Positions 20,301 through 33,600 of a stretch of 64,000 bases of DNA are shown here, one piece after another (position 1 is the stretch's first letter; each line of letters begins with the position of its first letter). Source of the stretch: Spizellomyces punctatus DAOM BR117 (Eukaryota); assembly GCA_000182565.2 (NCBI GenBank), contig KQ257474.1; one strand, 5' to 3'. The notes under the pieces were generated by a model. That model did no database searches. It was not told the DNA's origin and saw only the letters and a list, made by a program, of their open reading frames with translations. The position numbers and the translations under genes are program-made.

Positions 20301-23300
20301 GAGCTCCGAAGATCCTGTTATCTTTGATTCTTACGCCAACCTGCAACTGGTGGCATTTCTCCTGACAGGCAATATCGTTCGCTCAGACTATTATTATCGT
20401 CACGGAAACCCCAAATTTCTGCACGTTAAAGACCATCCACGTCTCCAAAGACACAAAGAGAGCGAACGGACGCGTATAGTCATGCTGGCTATCGAACAAG
20501 TTGCTCGCCAGAATAAAACAACAAAACCACAAAACGACAAATCTAGAGAGCACTTTGAGAGTGCGATCAAGGCTACGGAAGCAACAAGTAACGACATCGC
20601 GCCCCATTTTGAGGTCGCAGTGCCTTCCATCAACGCCTTCTACTTGGTAGATTTAGGCAATGTACTCAAAAGCCAGACCAAGACCCAAACGCAGCCTTGC
20701 TGGATGCTAGCCGTCATCGCTCAGCTCTGGGCACCTGTGGTACTAGACACAGGAGCCTGCGAGTCTCTGGTTTCCGACACATACCAGGGCCTTCTGTTCT
20801 CCGAAACCGATTTGCAGGATGCGGAAACGATGGCTTTCAAAGGCATTGGTGGATGTATCTCATCTACCAAGACAGTATGCCTCGAAACTTCCCTCAGAGG
20901 CCGCGGAGGAGAATACCTGACTTTCTGCGCCTATTTCCGAGTCATTGCATATGGGAAACCTCTCATCATCCTAGCCAACGATGTTCTGGGACATTTGAAA
21001 CTCCAAACCTTGGTTCAGGAACCCCCGTTACCCAGTTTCGCGGTGATGCTCAAGAATCCGGACATCCTTATCCCTTGCTCCATAACAGATGAGCTGGACA
21101 CCAATCACATGCGCAGCACGCCATACAAGACCAAGCAGGGTGAATTCATGAAGGATGTGTCAATGCCACGGCTGACCAAAGCCAAAGCTCAGAAGTCTAG
21201 ATTAACCATGTTAATCACGGGACAGACACGCGTGGCAGCCCAAACTTTTCTCATCGAAAACCCTCTTGAGGCCACCGCTGCTAGCTCAACGGTCCCGTTA
21301 GGCCTCAAACTGTCCACCGCGACCCATAATTCGGTTGCGGACCCTGAAGAAAACATTTCCAAAGAAGAATGGCAGACACTTTGGAACAAATGGAACCTCG
21401 ACTCTACGGAGAGGGCTCCAGGGGCCTTCGAAGCCCAATTAAAAGACACGGAATGTTTCCACGTTGATCTCAAGCGACCCAAACCCGTGGTCTGGGCCCT
21501 AATCAACATTCTACGACACTTCCATCAAGCCTTCAGCTATGAGGGTCATCTCATAGGGAACTACACCAAGATTCCTTATGCGCCTCGATTTATCTTGGCT
21601 CCGCCACCCCTTTCGAGGCCACGGTCGTACTCTCCGTTGGAGCGGACAGCCCTCGAGACAGAGCGAGACACCATGATGGGGCTTCAGAGGTGGAAACGTA
21701 CCACCGAAGTAACCTTTGCCAGTGATCCTGTTATCATTCACTATGCAGACAAACCCCCGCGCGTAGCCTTCGACTATCGCCGAGCCAACGACTGCATGGC
21801 CTGGGATCCATATCCCTTTCCCATCATGCTCGACATCCTGAACTGGATCGTCGCAGTCCCATTCCGATACATATCGGGAGGTGACGCAAACAAAGGATTC
21901 TACCAAATCGCCATCACCGATGCATCGGTACGCAAATGGCTCGCGCTCAGACTCCATGATGGCATCTACAAACCACTCTTTATGCCCTTCGGACCCAAGA
22001 CTGCCCCCTCGCACTTCTGTCGGGTGATGGACGACACCTTGGGTCCCTCCAAATGGCGAAATATCAACAACTTCATCGACGATATCCACACACGAGCGGA
22101 GACAGCCGTGGAAGCCCTAGACGCCATCGCGGACTGGCTCGACTGCTTTTCCAGAGCCAAACTCACCCTAAGACTCGACAAGTGTCAATGGCTCTTTCAC
22201 CAGCTCACAGCCCTCGGTGTCGTTGCCTCCTCTCAGGGTCTCGCTACTGATCCAGACAAGGTCGCAACCATAGTCGATTGGCCACGACCCAAATTCATAG
22301 GTGACCTATGGTCATTCGTGGGTCTCCTAGGGTTCTACGCCCAATTCATTTCTCGCTACGGGGAACTTGTCCAACCCCTGCAAGACGCTATCCAAGAGGG
22401 CGTTCGCGAATACTGAGACCTTAAAAAGGGTCGCGCTGACCCGAAGAAAGGTGCTGAAAAGCTCAATTCACCATCCATGCTCGACACGGCGGTGGCCCCT
22501 ACAATCACAGCCACCGGAGCCCGATTTGAGGTTTCACAACATCCGAAATCTAGCTCCTCAGACCTACCGGGGTCAATCTATGCCAATCATCACTGGCGGA
22601 CTTACCCATTGACCCCTTTTGTGTCGGACGCCTTGCTCGCAAGCGCCCTGACCAAGGTCTGCGCAGATTTATCGCGAAGCATGAAGTTTCATGGACCGAT
22701 TCCCGAAACTCTGCCTTCGCAGCCGCCAAGCAGGCTCTGACAACAGCTCCAGTGCTCGCGGCACCCAGAAAAGGGTTCCCCTACACCCTTCACAGTGACG
22801 CTTCCTACACAGCATTTAATGTCACGCTCGAACAGTTACAGCCGGATGCTTCTAAACACCTGCTGTGCTACCATTCCCGAGGCACCACCACCTCGGAAAA
22901 GAAGGCCCCCCCCGTCGAACTCGAGGCCGGATGCCTGATTTGGGGCCTCGGAAAACTCCGCCCATACCTCGAAGGCCTGCCTTTCACGGTCATTACTGAT
23001 CACCGAGCTCTTTTGTGGCTCACTAAATACAAAGGCAAGAACCGTAAGCTTCTCCGCTGGGCCCTCGATCTTAGTTACTGGTCCGAATGGATGACAATCG
23101 TTCACAAACCAGGACGTTTTCACATTGTCGCTGATACACTTTCACGGCTACTAGGAGCGGAAACCCTACTCTGCTCCACCGCGACCCAAATATGGGTGTC
23201 GAAACGCGGAAGATGACGGCTGCGCACCACACCAGCTGCTCTCGCACCTTCCTCGACACTGGCAGATGCCGTCTTTCGTCTGGCCTTACAGCCTGCACTC

Positions 23301-25157
23301 ATTGCCGCCATCCGCGCTGGCCTCACCGGCCAGCTCCACCCCATAGCCCAACAGGCCCGCATGCTCCTATGGGAGACCAGCCCCGACACCTACACTACAG
23401 CTGACGCGCGCTTTCATCAGGACTGGCAACGTGCAGATAACCTGCTGTGGCACCGTTTTTCAGTCTCCGAAGACCTTTGGTGCCTCTACGTGCCCCCTGC
23501 TTGCACCCCCGAGGTGCGCAAGCTTTTTCATGAGGGGGGAGGACACTTCGGATTCAAAAGAACCTACGCTAGAGCTGCAGCACAAGTCTGGTGGCCGAAA
23601 ATGGCATAAGATTTCAGAAAACATTGCGCAGGATGTGAAACCTGCCAATGCTCAAAAAGGGTACCGCAACTGATTCCGGGGTTGTTGAAACCCATACCAC
23701 CAGCTCCGGGACGCTGGACAGTCATCACGACTGACTTCGTAACCAAGCTCCCACTTACTTCCAGAGGGTACGATGCCTTTTGGCTAATAGCTTGTAAATG
23801 CTCAAAGAGGATCCACGTATGGCCCCTCAAGAGCACTGCGACAGCTATTCAGGTCGCAGAACTATTTATAGAACGCTATGTCCCATTGCACAGCATCCCG
23901 GAAACTATCATCTCAGACCATGACCCCAAATTTACGAGTTGATTTTGGCAGGAGGTCTGCAAAAACCTAAAGATTAATCAAGAGCTCACCACAGCCTACC
24001 ACCCTCAAGGTGATGGACAATCAGAGAGAGACAACGCAATGGTCTTGCAGGTCCTTACCACAATGGTCAACACCCGATTAGATGACTGGGACACCTTTCT
24101 TCCAGTTGCAGAATTCATTATCAACGATACGGTACACGAGGCGACAAAAATGACGCAGTTCAAGATGGACCTAGGCTATGAGCCCCACAATCCACTGGCG
24201 GACATCGTTGAAAGGCCGTCAGAAACCAGAAATGCAGACACGGAAGAGCTCTGTAAACATCTCAGAGACCTAAACATCCTTATCCGGGATCTGATGATCG
24301 AGGCCCAGGACTCGCAGAAAAGATATTATGATTTATTGCGACGACATCTGGAGTTCCGGAGAGGAGATAAGGTGCTTCTGAGCACAAAAAACCTAGCAGG
24401 GTATGAGTCCAAGATCGCTCCGAAATGGCTGGGACCAGTCACAGTGACTGACTGCAACCCTCTCCGCGACAACTATGAGCTAAAACTGCCAGACAAGATG
24501 AGATGACTTCACCCATGGTTTCACATATCGAAATTACATCTGTACCAGAAGCCTGTTGATGCCGAAACTGAGGAAAGGATTGCGGAAGCACAAATGGAGG
24601 ATTCCGATGCTTCAAAAGGTGAGTTCGAAGTGGAAGCGATAGTAGACCATCGAACCAGGCACGGAAAGTGTCAATTTTGAATACGTTGGGCCGGATACCC
24701 ACCCCATGAGGATACCTGGGAACCAGAGGAAGCCCTAACAGAGGCTTCTGAAGCCTTAGAAGAGTACTGGAGATCCAGAGCTCCCACTAGCACACTAGTA
24801 GAGGACTCCTTGGTAGTCAGCTTTGCAGGCAATGCCCCGGCTTATGCTTCTGACCACCAATGCTTCACGATTTATCCGGACAATAGCTCACGTGATAATC
24901 ACGCCCTCTCACCAGAAAGAAAACCAGTTTCGCGTGGCTTACCTCACCAGTTGAGAATGCCACACCAAGCCTCCCGATCACGCTTACGCACATCCGAGCT
25001 GTCAAAATCAGCCGGCGATGACCTTAAAAGGACGCCCCTGCACGCTCCCCCTCTTTTTTCTTCTTCAACTACCTACGACCTATCTCCCTTACAGACCTAC
25101 TCTGCTTCGCAAACCTTGTCTATCGACACCGAGACAAAAGCTTTCGTTTCCAACACC

Positions 25158-25943
25158 ATGACCACCGATATCCGAGGACAACAAGGAGTCAGCATCCTCT
25201 CTACCCTTGAGGAAGGCTATCCCTGGTCAGAAGTAAGCGACGCCTTCGCTGCCGAGAACTCTATCAAGCGGCTCGGAGCAGCTATGGCCACCTGGGTCGA
25301 AGTTTGGATTCGTGAGCTGTTCGAAGACCCAAACAAACCCCTTGAACACTATCGTGGTGAAGATTGGGTGGTTGACGGGTCTTCGAAGCCATACGCCACG
25401 AGCCAGCCCCTCACGATGCATATCGCGGAGCCCTACAGTAGGGCTTCCGACGGCAGTCAAGCAGCTGTCGGTATCATCGCCGACGCAAAAAAGATCGGGA
25501 AGAGATTACGGGACGTACCCTGCGCCGCCTGGCTTGACGCTGGGGTCCCTCAACATGCGGCCGGAAACCCCAAAACGGCCTGCTTCACCCTCTGGCCCGA
25601 TCGCGAGGCCCACGATTTCGTGGACATAGCCATCGAAGCCACAAGAGCAGTGTTGTTAAAGCTAGCCAACACAGCTGAAACCACAGAAGAGCAGCTCCGT
25701 CCCAAACATCGGGAGCACGCCTATTACCACTTTCGAGCAGTTAACTTGAAAAGGGCCGCAGAGACGTTCACAGCCCTCTACGTAACCCGAGCCAATGGTT
25801 CCAGGACACCTGGAACCCCGGCTCCGGAAGCCACTGACCAAATTTGGTTCTGCGCGAACGTCATGGGGCACGCTACCATAATCTGGACAATCAACGAAGA
25901 CAGCCTTGAAGCTGACGACGACTATCCAGTTGCATCATGGTAG
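25158..25943 (+). CDS. ORF X allele 2, 261 aa, unknown function
   Basis: Intact although upstream pol is disrupted; homologous to 4199-4984. Confidence 0.75.
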   Translation: MTTDIRGQQGVSILSTLEEGYPWSEVSDAFAAENSIKRLGAAMATWVEVWIRELFEDPNKPLEHYRGEDWVVDGSSKPYATSQPLTMHIAEPYSRASDGSQAAVGIIADAKKIGKRLRDVPCAAWLDAGVPQHAAGNPKTACFTLWPDREAHDFVDIAIEATRAVLLKLANTAETTEEQLRPKHREHAYYHFRAVNLKRAAETFTALYVTRANGSRTPGTPAPEATDQIWFCANVMGHATIIWTINEDSLEADDDYPVASW

Positions 25944-26000
25944 AAGCGAGGTTCGGGCACTCACAGACAAGTCGCCGAACCTTCTTTTTCGAAGGGGGGA

Positions 26001-26572
26001 TGTAGCGAACGACTCTGATAAACTGGTTCACTCAAAGGCATCAGGTGACCATGATTGAGGTTTCCACAATTGTAACCTAAGCTTCGAAACCCCTAAGATC
26101 AAGCTCGGTTCTGGGCTACACCAGCGCAGCATGAAGGATACGTTACGCAGCCATGATCGATCATGGCGATGGTCTGAGATGGGAAGATCGGACGCCGCCA
26201 CCCTAATGAAGGCTACGGAAACTAGTGTAGATGTTACCATAGCATATTCTTGTATAAAAAGAGGAATTCAATAAAATAAGTCGGCGGCCAGAAGCCGTAG
26301 CGACACTAAATCCCCACAACTAGCTTCTCAACTCCAATCTTAGGTTAACAGGAACCTAACAGAGCGCTTCAACGGCCTGATCACCCGCACTGAAGCCTCT
26401 AAATCCTGCTCGGTTCACAACTAACCGACTCTCCTTGCCTCTCGCCCTCAAGTCGCTACCGACGCCCAAAGAAAGGATTTGGAGACTACGATTCCTAGTA
26501 CGGACACCCACACAACCTGCTAGGAGACCCAAGTTGTCTTTACCGTAGTCTACCAACAAAAAATCCGTTACA
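26001..26572 (+). repeat. A3 3' LTR
   Basis: TGTAGC...GTTACA after PPT. Confidence 0.95.
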
Positions 26573-26576
26573 GAAG

Positions 26577-26717
26577 CCTCTCTCCAAACTCACTGAGGCT
26601 GAGAAGACTGAGCTCAGAAAGAAGGGAGCCTGTTTCAGGTGCAGAAAGCCAGGCCATATTGCCCCCCTATGCCCCTTGAAGACCAAGCAGCAGGGAAATG
26701 GCAAGCAGACTCAGTAG
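26577..26717 (+). pseudogene. gag: Family B gag C-terminus with CCHC zinc knuckle
   Basis: [17 protein letters not shown] at 26715-26717, resumes after A3 TSD. Confidence 0.85.
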
Positions 26718-29700
26718 AAGATGGAGGTTCTGCCTCTACTGGGGAAGATATCAAGAACCACCACCCTGACACCCACCACCTGGTACACTCTCCTGTTATT
26801 CAACCCTTGGACCTATTGGACCCACCTGAAACCACCCCTGAGACTTTAACTATCCATGGACTTTACCTGGAACCCCAGAGAAACCCAGAATCCCAGAGAA
26901 CCCCAGAAACCCAGAGAATCCCAGAACCCCAGAGAACCCCAGAATCCCAGAGAACCCCAGAACCCCAGAGAACCCAAGAGCCCCAGAGAACCCCAGAACC
27001 CCAGAGAACCCAAGAACCCCAGAGAACCCCAGAACCCCAGAGAACCCTAGAACCCCAGGAAACCCAGGAACCCCAGAGAACCCCAGAACCCCAGACCACC
27101 CAGGCCACCTACCAAGAAAGCAAGATCCATGTAGTAGAGGTGGCTCCATACTCTTTAAGTACCCCCAAAGGGCCAAGGATTCCCCAGAGTCACTTGCTGA
27201 CTGTGCAAGGTATAATCCAAGGAATCCCAGTAACCATTCTCCTGGATAATGGGGCAAACCAGCTCTATGTGTCACAGTCCTTTGTCAAGAAGGCACAACT
27301 GGTGACTCATTCTCTCCCTGGAGCAGAAATCTCTATGGCTGATGACAGAAAGCACCAAGAAATAGGCTTTGTCAAAGGTCTTCAGTACACAGTAGGAACC
27401 TACACAGAACAGTCAGACTTTATAGTAGCCCCAATCAAGTTTGACTTGATCTTGGGTATACCTTGGTTTGCCTGGAGGAATCCCGGTATCAACTACAACA
27501 AGAACACTGTGACCTTCACTACTTCCCAGTACCCCAGAGTCAGATGGTTTGTTAAGCAGGCCAGCTCTTCCAGCAAATCCCAGAAGTCCAATCTTATCAC
27601 CATGGTATCAGCAAAGATGTTCGCCAGAACACTGAAGAAGAGGACAGCAACAGCTTTTGCTGTGTATCTCAAGAACCCTCAAGATACCAGCACCCCTCCA
27701 GACACCATGGATTCCAAAGTCACCAAGCTTCTTGAAAACTATCAAGATGTCTTTGCTGAAGAGCTTCCCCCAGGACTTCCCCCTGAGAGATCAGTAGATC
27801 ACAGAATTGAACTCAGTGACCCCAACCAGACCCCCTGGAGACCAACCTACCACCTCTCTTCTTTGGAGTTAGAAGAACTGAGGAAGCAGCTTTCAGAGCT
27901 TCTGGAGGCAGGCCACATCAGACCATCCAAGAGCCCATTTGGAGCACCTATCCTCTTTGTTAAGAAGAAAGAAGGTTTTTGGAGGATGTGTGTGGACTAC
28001 AGGGCTCTGAATAAAATCACCATCAAGAACAGTTATCCCCTCCCTAGGGTTGATGAGCTGATGGATAGGCTGAATGGAGCCCAGGTGTTTACCAAGCTAG
28101 ATCTGAAGTCAGGCTATTACCAGATCAGAGTCCACCCAGAAGACATCCCCAAGACAGCCTTCAGAACCAGATATGGTCACTTTGAGTTCCTGGTCATGTC
28201 CTTTGGAATGACCAATGCCCCAGCCACTTTCATGACTTTGATGAATGATGTCCTTAGACCCTTCTTGGACATCTTTGTTATTGTCTACCTAGATGACATC
28301 CTCATCTACTCCAAGACCCCAGAAGATCACGTGCACCACCTCAAGCAGGTTCTGCAAACCCTCAGGCAGAACAAGCTGTATGCCAACCCCAGCAAGTGCC
28401 AGTTCCTCAAGCAAGAAGTAGAGTTTCTTGGCCATGTAGTCTCACATGAAGGGGTCAAGCTTGACCCCAAGAAAGTGCAGACTGTTCAAGAATGGCCCAC
28501 CCCCAAGAGTGTCACTGAAGTCAGACAGTTCATGCGCCTGGTGAACTACTTCCATAGCTTTCTGAAGGACCTGGCAGAGCAAGCTGCACCATTGTCAGAC
28601 CTGTTGAGAAATGACAAGCCCTGGACCTGGTCTGAACCTCAGGAGAAAGCTTTTCAGCAGCTGAAGGATATGGTCACCAAAGCCCCTGTACTTAGACCCT
28701 TTGACCCAGCCTTGCCTACCACTGTCTTCCCTGATGCCTCAGGCTATGCAGTTGGTGCATGGCTTGGACAGGATGATGGGAAAGGCAGGAGACCAGTTGC
28801 CTACCACTCCAGGAAGATGGCCCCAGCAGAGACCAGATATGACACCAGAGAACAAGAGCTGTTAGCCATCCATGATGCCCTCAGAGTTTGGAGGCCCTAC
28901 CTGGAAGGAACCCCCTTCAAAGTTATCTCAGACCACCAGTCCCTCAAGTGGCTACAGAACCAGCCCTTCTTGACCAGAAGACAAGCCAGATGGGTCGTGA
29001 ATTTCCAATCTTTTGACTTTGAGATTGGCTATGGCCCAGGAAGACTCCACACAGTGGCAGACATCCTGTCTAGAAGACCAGACCTGGCCCCAAGATGCAT
29101 CAAGTGCAAGGCCTTGGTGACAGCAGAGTTGAATGCTGTGACCCACACCACCAGCACCCTTCAAGAGAGATTGAAGACCAGTACCACAGAAGACCCAGAA
29201 CTTCAAGAGCTCATCCAAGCTTTCGATGACCCCAGGAGACCAGAAGACCAGCAACAAAGGCTCAAATACCTCAGCCATCAAGATGGGTTACTCTATTTCC
29301 AGGACAGGATCTTTGTTCCTAGTGACCCAGACCTAAGGTTGAGCCTACTCCAAGAAACCCATGACACTCAGTATGCTGGACACTTTGGCATCACCAAGAC
29401 CCATGATGCCCTAGCAAGGCATTACTACTGGCCCAGGATGTACAAGGACATTAAGAAGTATGTCAAGTCTTGTGATTCCTGCCAGAGAAGCAAACCTAGT
29501 CAGCAACCACCAGCAGGCCTGCTGCAGCCCCTCCCAGTACCTAAGACCAGATGGAGCCAGATTTCCATTGACCTGATCCCTGACCTACCTATGACTTCCT
29601 CTGATCACAATGCCATCTTTGTCATTGTTGACAGATTGTCAAAGAGAGGCCACTTCATCCCTACCACCAGCAGAGCCTCAGCCAAGAACCTGGCCCTGCT

Positions 29701-30631
29701 CTTCTTAAAGCACATCTTCAAGCGCCATGGCCTCCCAGAAGTGATTGTATCAGACAGAGACACCAAGTTCACCAGTTCATTCTGGTCCAACTTGATGCAA
29801 CTCTTAGGCTGCAACACCCTCCTAGCCACTGCAAGGCACCAGCAGACCAATGGACAGGCAGAGAGAACCATCAAGACTTTGAAGATCTACCTCAGAGCTT
29901 TCCTGCAGTACAACATGAAGAATTGGGAAGATCTTCTCCCCTTTGCTGAGTTTGCCTACAACAGCAGCATCTCAGAAACCACACGCTTTACCCCATTCTA
30001 CTTGGAGAATGGCCAGCATCCCAGGACCCCAGCAACACCACCAGGAGAAAGCAATGATCCTGAAGCAACAGACTTCCACCAGTATATTCAGCAACTGCTT
30101 CAAGTAGCCAAGGATAACATGATACTGGCCCAAGAAAGACAAGTTCAGCATGCCAACAAGTCTCTCAGCAAGGCCCCAAGCTACCCCCTAGGCTCCAAAG
30201 TTTGGCTATCTAGAGAAGGTATCACCCCAGAAGAAGAAGCCCAGAGGCCAGCCCAGAAACTTCTTCACCCCTGGCTTGGACCTTACAGAATCAAGGCCAA
30301 GGATGAATTTCAGAATTACACCCTGGAGCTCCCCAGCACCATGAAGATTCATCCAGTGTTCCATGTGAGACTCCTCAAGCCTTACTTGGACCCCACAGAG
30401 GACTTCCCTACCAGACCAGTACCCCCTGAGCCTGAGTCCATTATCCAGCAAGGAGAAGAGATTTGGGAAGTTGAGAAGATTCTTGACCACAAGACCAGAA
30501 GGAAGAAGAATCTCTACCTCATCAAGTGGAAAGGCTATCCCTCCTGTCAGAACACCTGAGAACCAGAAGAAAACCTCCTACCCCATGGCAGAGAAATCTT
30601 GAAGGAGTTCCTAGCTCAGAAGGGAACTTAA
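26693..30631 (+). CDS. pol: Family B pol (PR-RT-RH-IN-chromodomain), -1 frameshift entry; one TGG>TGA at 30557 in the chromodomain
   Basis: GGGAAAT slippery site, [37 protein letters not shown]...KWKGY. Confidence 0.92.
26870..27097 (+). repeat. 18-bp tandem repeat encoding (PEPQRT)n upstream of B protease
   Basis: Repeated ccagagaaccccagaacc-like units. Confidence 0.9.
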
Positions 30632-30647
30632 TCTTAAAGTGGGGGAG

Positions 30648-33600
30648 TGTGACAGAATTCTTCTGTCAGTGCTATAGTTATACTGGTTAGATGTGGTTCC
30701 AAACTATTGAACTTAGCGCTTGGAACACTGATTTCCCGTGTAGAAATCACTTCTGAAAGGCCTAGTAATGCCTGTGGCCGCTAGTAAGACTTCTGGGTGC
30801 AGTAACTTGTGGGATAACACGCTTGTATTAATCCAGAGATGTTCAAAAGCCCCCTTTATATAACCCAGTACATTCTCCAGCCTCCCTCCGCCTTTGTTTA
30901 CTGTTTACATGCTTCAGCCCACTTGTTTACATGCTCAGCCATGCTCAGCAGTGCTCAGCATCTTCAGCCATGCCTTGGCAAACATTACCTGAAGATCTAG
31001 ATCATCACAAACCTTCCAGACCTTCTAAGAGTGCTTACATGATGATTTACCCCTTTAAATCATTCCCACACGCGTCTGTGGTCATTCTTGTCTGATGAAG
31101 TGGTGCCGCACATCAATGTGTTTGGTCCTTGCATGATGTGTTGGGTTGTTGGCAAGTGCTATGGCGCCCTGATTGTCACCATACAACGTTGTAGGAACAC
31201 TTTGCTGATATCCTAGCTCGCCTAGAAGTGTTCTGAACCAGATAACTTCCTTGGTAGCTTGACAAAGAGCCATGTACTCTGACTCTGTTGATGATAGAGC
31301 AATTGTAGGTTGCCTCTTGCTTTGCCAGCTGACTGTGCTGCTGCCAATCTTGACTAAGAAGCCAGTGGTAGACTTCCTGAAGTCCAAATCACCGCCCCAA
31401 TCTGCATCAGAGTATGCAGACAGCTCCCACTTGCTCTGAATGCCACCCAGTTGAAGTCCTAGGTCTGTGGAGCCATTCAGGTACCGCATGATCCATTTGA
31501 CTGCTATCCAGTGCTGATGTCCAGGGTTGGAAAGGTACTGGCTAACTGATCCAACTGCTGCTGCTATGTCTGGTCAGGTGCCCAGCATTGCATAAATGAG
31601 ACTTCCAACAGCACTTCTGAAAGGAACCCCATTCATTTCTTGCTGTTCTGCCTCAGTTTGTGGTGACATGGCCTTGGTGAGCTTCTGGCCATTCTCTAGT
31701 GGTGTGGCAACTGGTTTGCTGTTACTCATATTGAATTTCTTCAATGTTTGACTGAGGTACCGCTGTTGGGAGAGCCAGATTGACCTGTTGGCTCTGTCCC
31801 TGACCACTTGAATGCCGAGAAAATGCTCTAACTGGCCCATATCAGCCATCTTGAACCGCTTCTTGAGTTCTTCTTTGAGTTTTAACAAGTCCTGGTCATC
31901 CTTTGATGCCAGAATAAGATCATCCACATACAGGATAAGGTGGATGCCCATCTTCTTGTTGATGTACAGCCCGTGGTCTGATTCACACCTTTCAAAGCCA
32001 AGTTCTTTGAGTTGCCCATCAATGACTTTGTTCCAGGCTCTTGGAGCTTGCTTTAGCCCGTACAAACTCTTCTTCAGCTTGCAGACAAGCCCATTTGCCA
32101 TGGTGAAGCTTTCTGGTTGGTCCATGTAGATGTCCTCCTCAATGGTCCCATTCAAGAATGCTGTTTTGACATCCATTTGGTGAATCTCCATGTCCTTCAT
32201 GGCTGCTAGTGTCAGGACCGTCCTGATGGTTGCAAACTTGACTACTGGGGCAAATGTCTCCTTGTAGTCCATTCCTTCAACTTGGGAGTATCCTTTGGCT
32301 ACCAGTCTGGCCTTGTAGCGCTCTACAGAGCCATCTGACTTGAGTTTCAGCTTGAAAACCCACTTGCAGCCCACTGTGGATCTTCCTGGTGGTAGTTTGA
32401 CTAAGTCCCATGTCTGATTCTCCATCAGAGAGTCATATTCTGCTTTGACAGCTGCCTCCCACTGTTTGGCATCATGTCTGGTCCTAGCTTCAGCCAGAGT
32501 GCTGGGTTCTTCCTGTGGAACTTCCCCAATGGTGAAGGCAAAAGCCAGATTTGACTGAGTTGGCTGTGCAATCCACCACTCTCCCGGTGGTTTGTGAAAT
32601 CTGGCACACTTCCTGCTGAGTTCTGGCACTTCCTCAGCATCCTGGAAGTCGTCCCCATCATCTTCTGATGCTGAAGAGTTGTCTGGAGTGATGCTAGATG
32701 GTCTCTGAGTCTCTTGAACCGTCCCTAGCCCTTCTTGGTCATCCAAGAACAAAGGCTCCCCTCCCAGAGGCATCTGTAGCTCTTGGTCTTGCTGTGGTAC
32801 ACTCTGCAGTCGCTGCTGAGTGCTCCACATCAAATTTTCATCAAAGATGACGTCCCTTGACAGGACAACTTGGTTCATTTCAGGTACCCACAGTCTGTAG
32901 GCCTTACTCTGAGTGCTGTAGCCGACCATGACTGCCTTCTTGGCCTTCTCATCAAGTTTTGACCGCTTTTCTTTTGGAATATGAGTGTAGGCCACACAGC
33001 CAAACACTCTGAGGTGCTGGAGATCTGGTTTACCGCCTGTAAACTCTTGAAATGGTGTTGATTGGTTGCTGAGTGCTGCAGTGGGGCTCCTGTTCCTGAG
33101 ATAGACCGCTGTCATGATTGCCTCACCCCAGAACTTGTAGCTGAGTCCACTGTGGTGCAGCATGCACCTTCCCATTTCCACCAGCGTCCTGTTCATCCTC
33201 TCAGCAACACCATTCTGCTTTGGTGTGTAGGGGGTGCTGAATTGCTGCTGAATTCCCTTCAGTTTGCAGAATTTCTTGAATTCTTCGCCCACATACTCTC
33301 CCCCATTGTCTGATCTGAGAGTTTTGATCTTCTGCCCCGTGAAGTTGGTTGCCCAGGCCTCAAACTCCTTGAATTTGCTGAGAACCTCACTCTTCTCCTT
33401 CAGAAGATAAACTGCCATCATCCTTGACTTGTCATCAATGAATGTGACAAAGTACTTTGCCCCACCATGACTTGGTGTCTTCATGGGCCCACACACATCA
33501 CTGTGAACCACCCCCAGCAGTAGAGCCGCTCTAGCTGCTTCTCCCTTTGGAAAGGGACGCCTGGTGATCTTTCCAATGGCACAGGCTTCACATGGTGATG

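Larger units (their letters stand above)
18475..25943 (+). pseudogene. A3 gag-pol polyprotein (gag, Zn knuckle, MTase-like domain, PR, RT, RH, IN, chromodomain, ORF X), disrupted
   Basis: Ancestrally one frame; CKFCQKKHWNVFC, LDTGA, FIDD; several CGA>TGA stops and a 1-nt deletion near 22570. Confidence 0.88.
17749..26572 (+). mobile_element. Family A copy A3, full length (8824 bp), inserted in B gag
   Basis: Two 572-bp LTRs, PBS, PPT gaagggggga 25991-26000, 4-bp TSD GAAG. Confidence 0.96.

Noticed and set aside
26850-27275. Antisense GVLGFS-repeat ORFs
   Set aside because: Shadow frames of the 18-bp repeat in B pol
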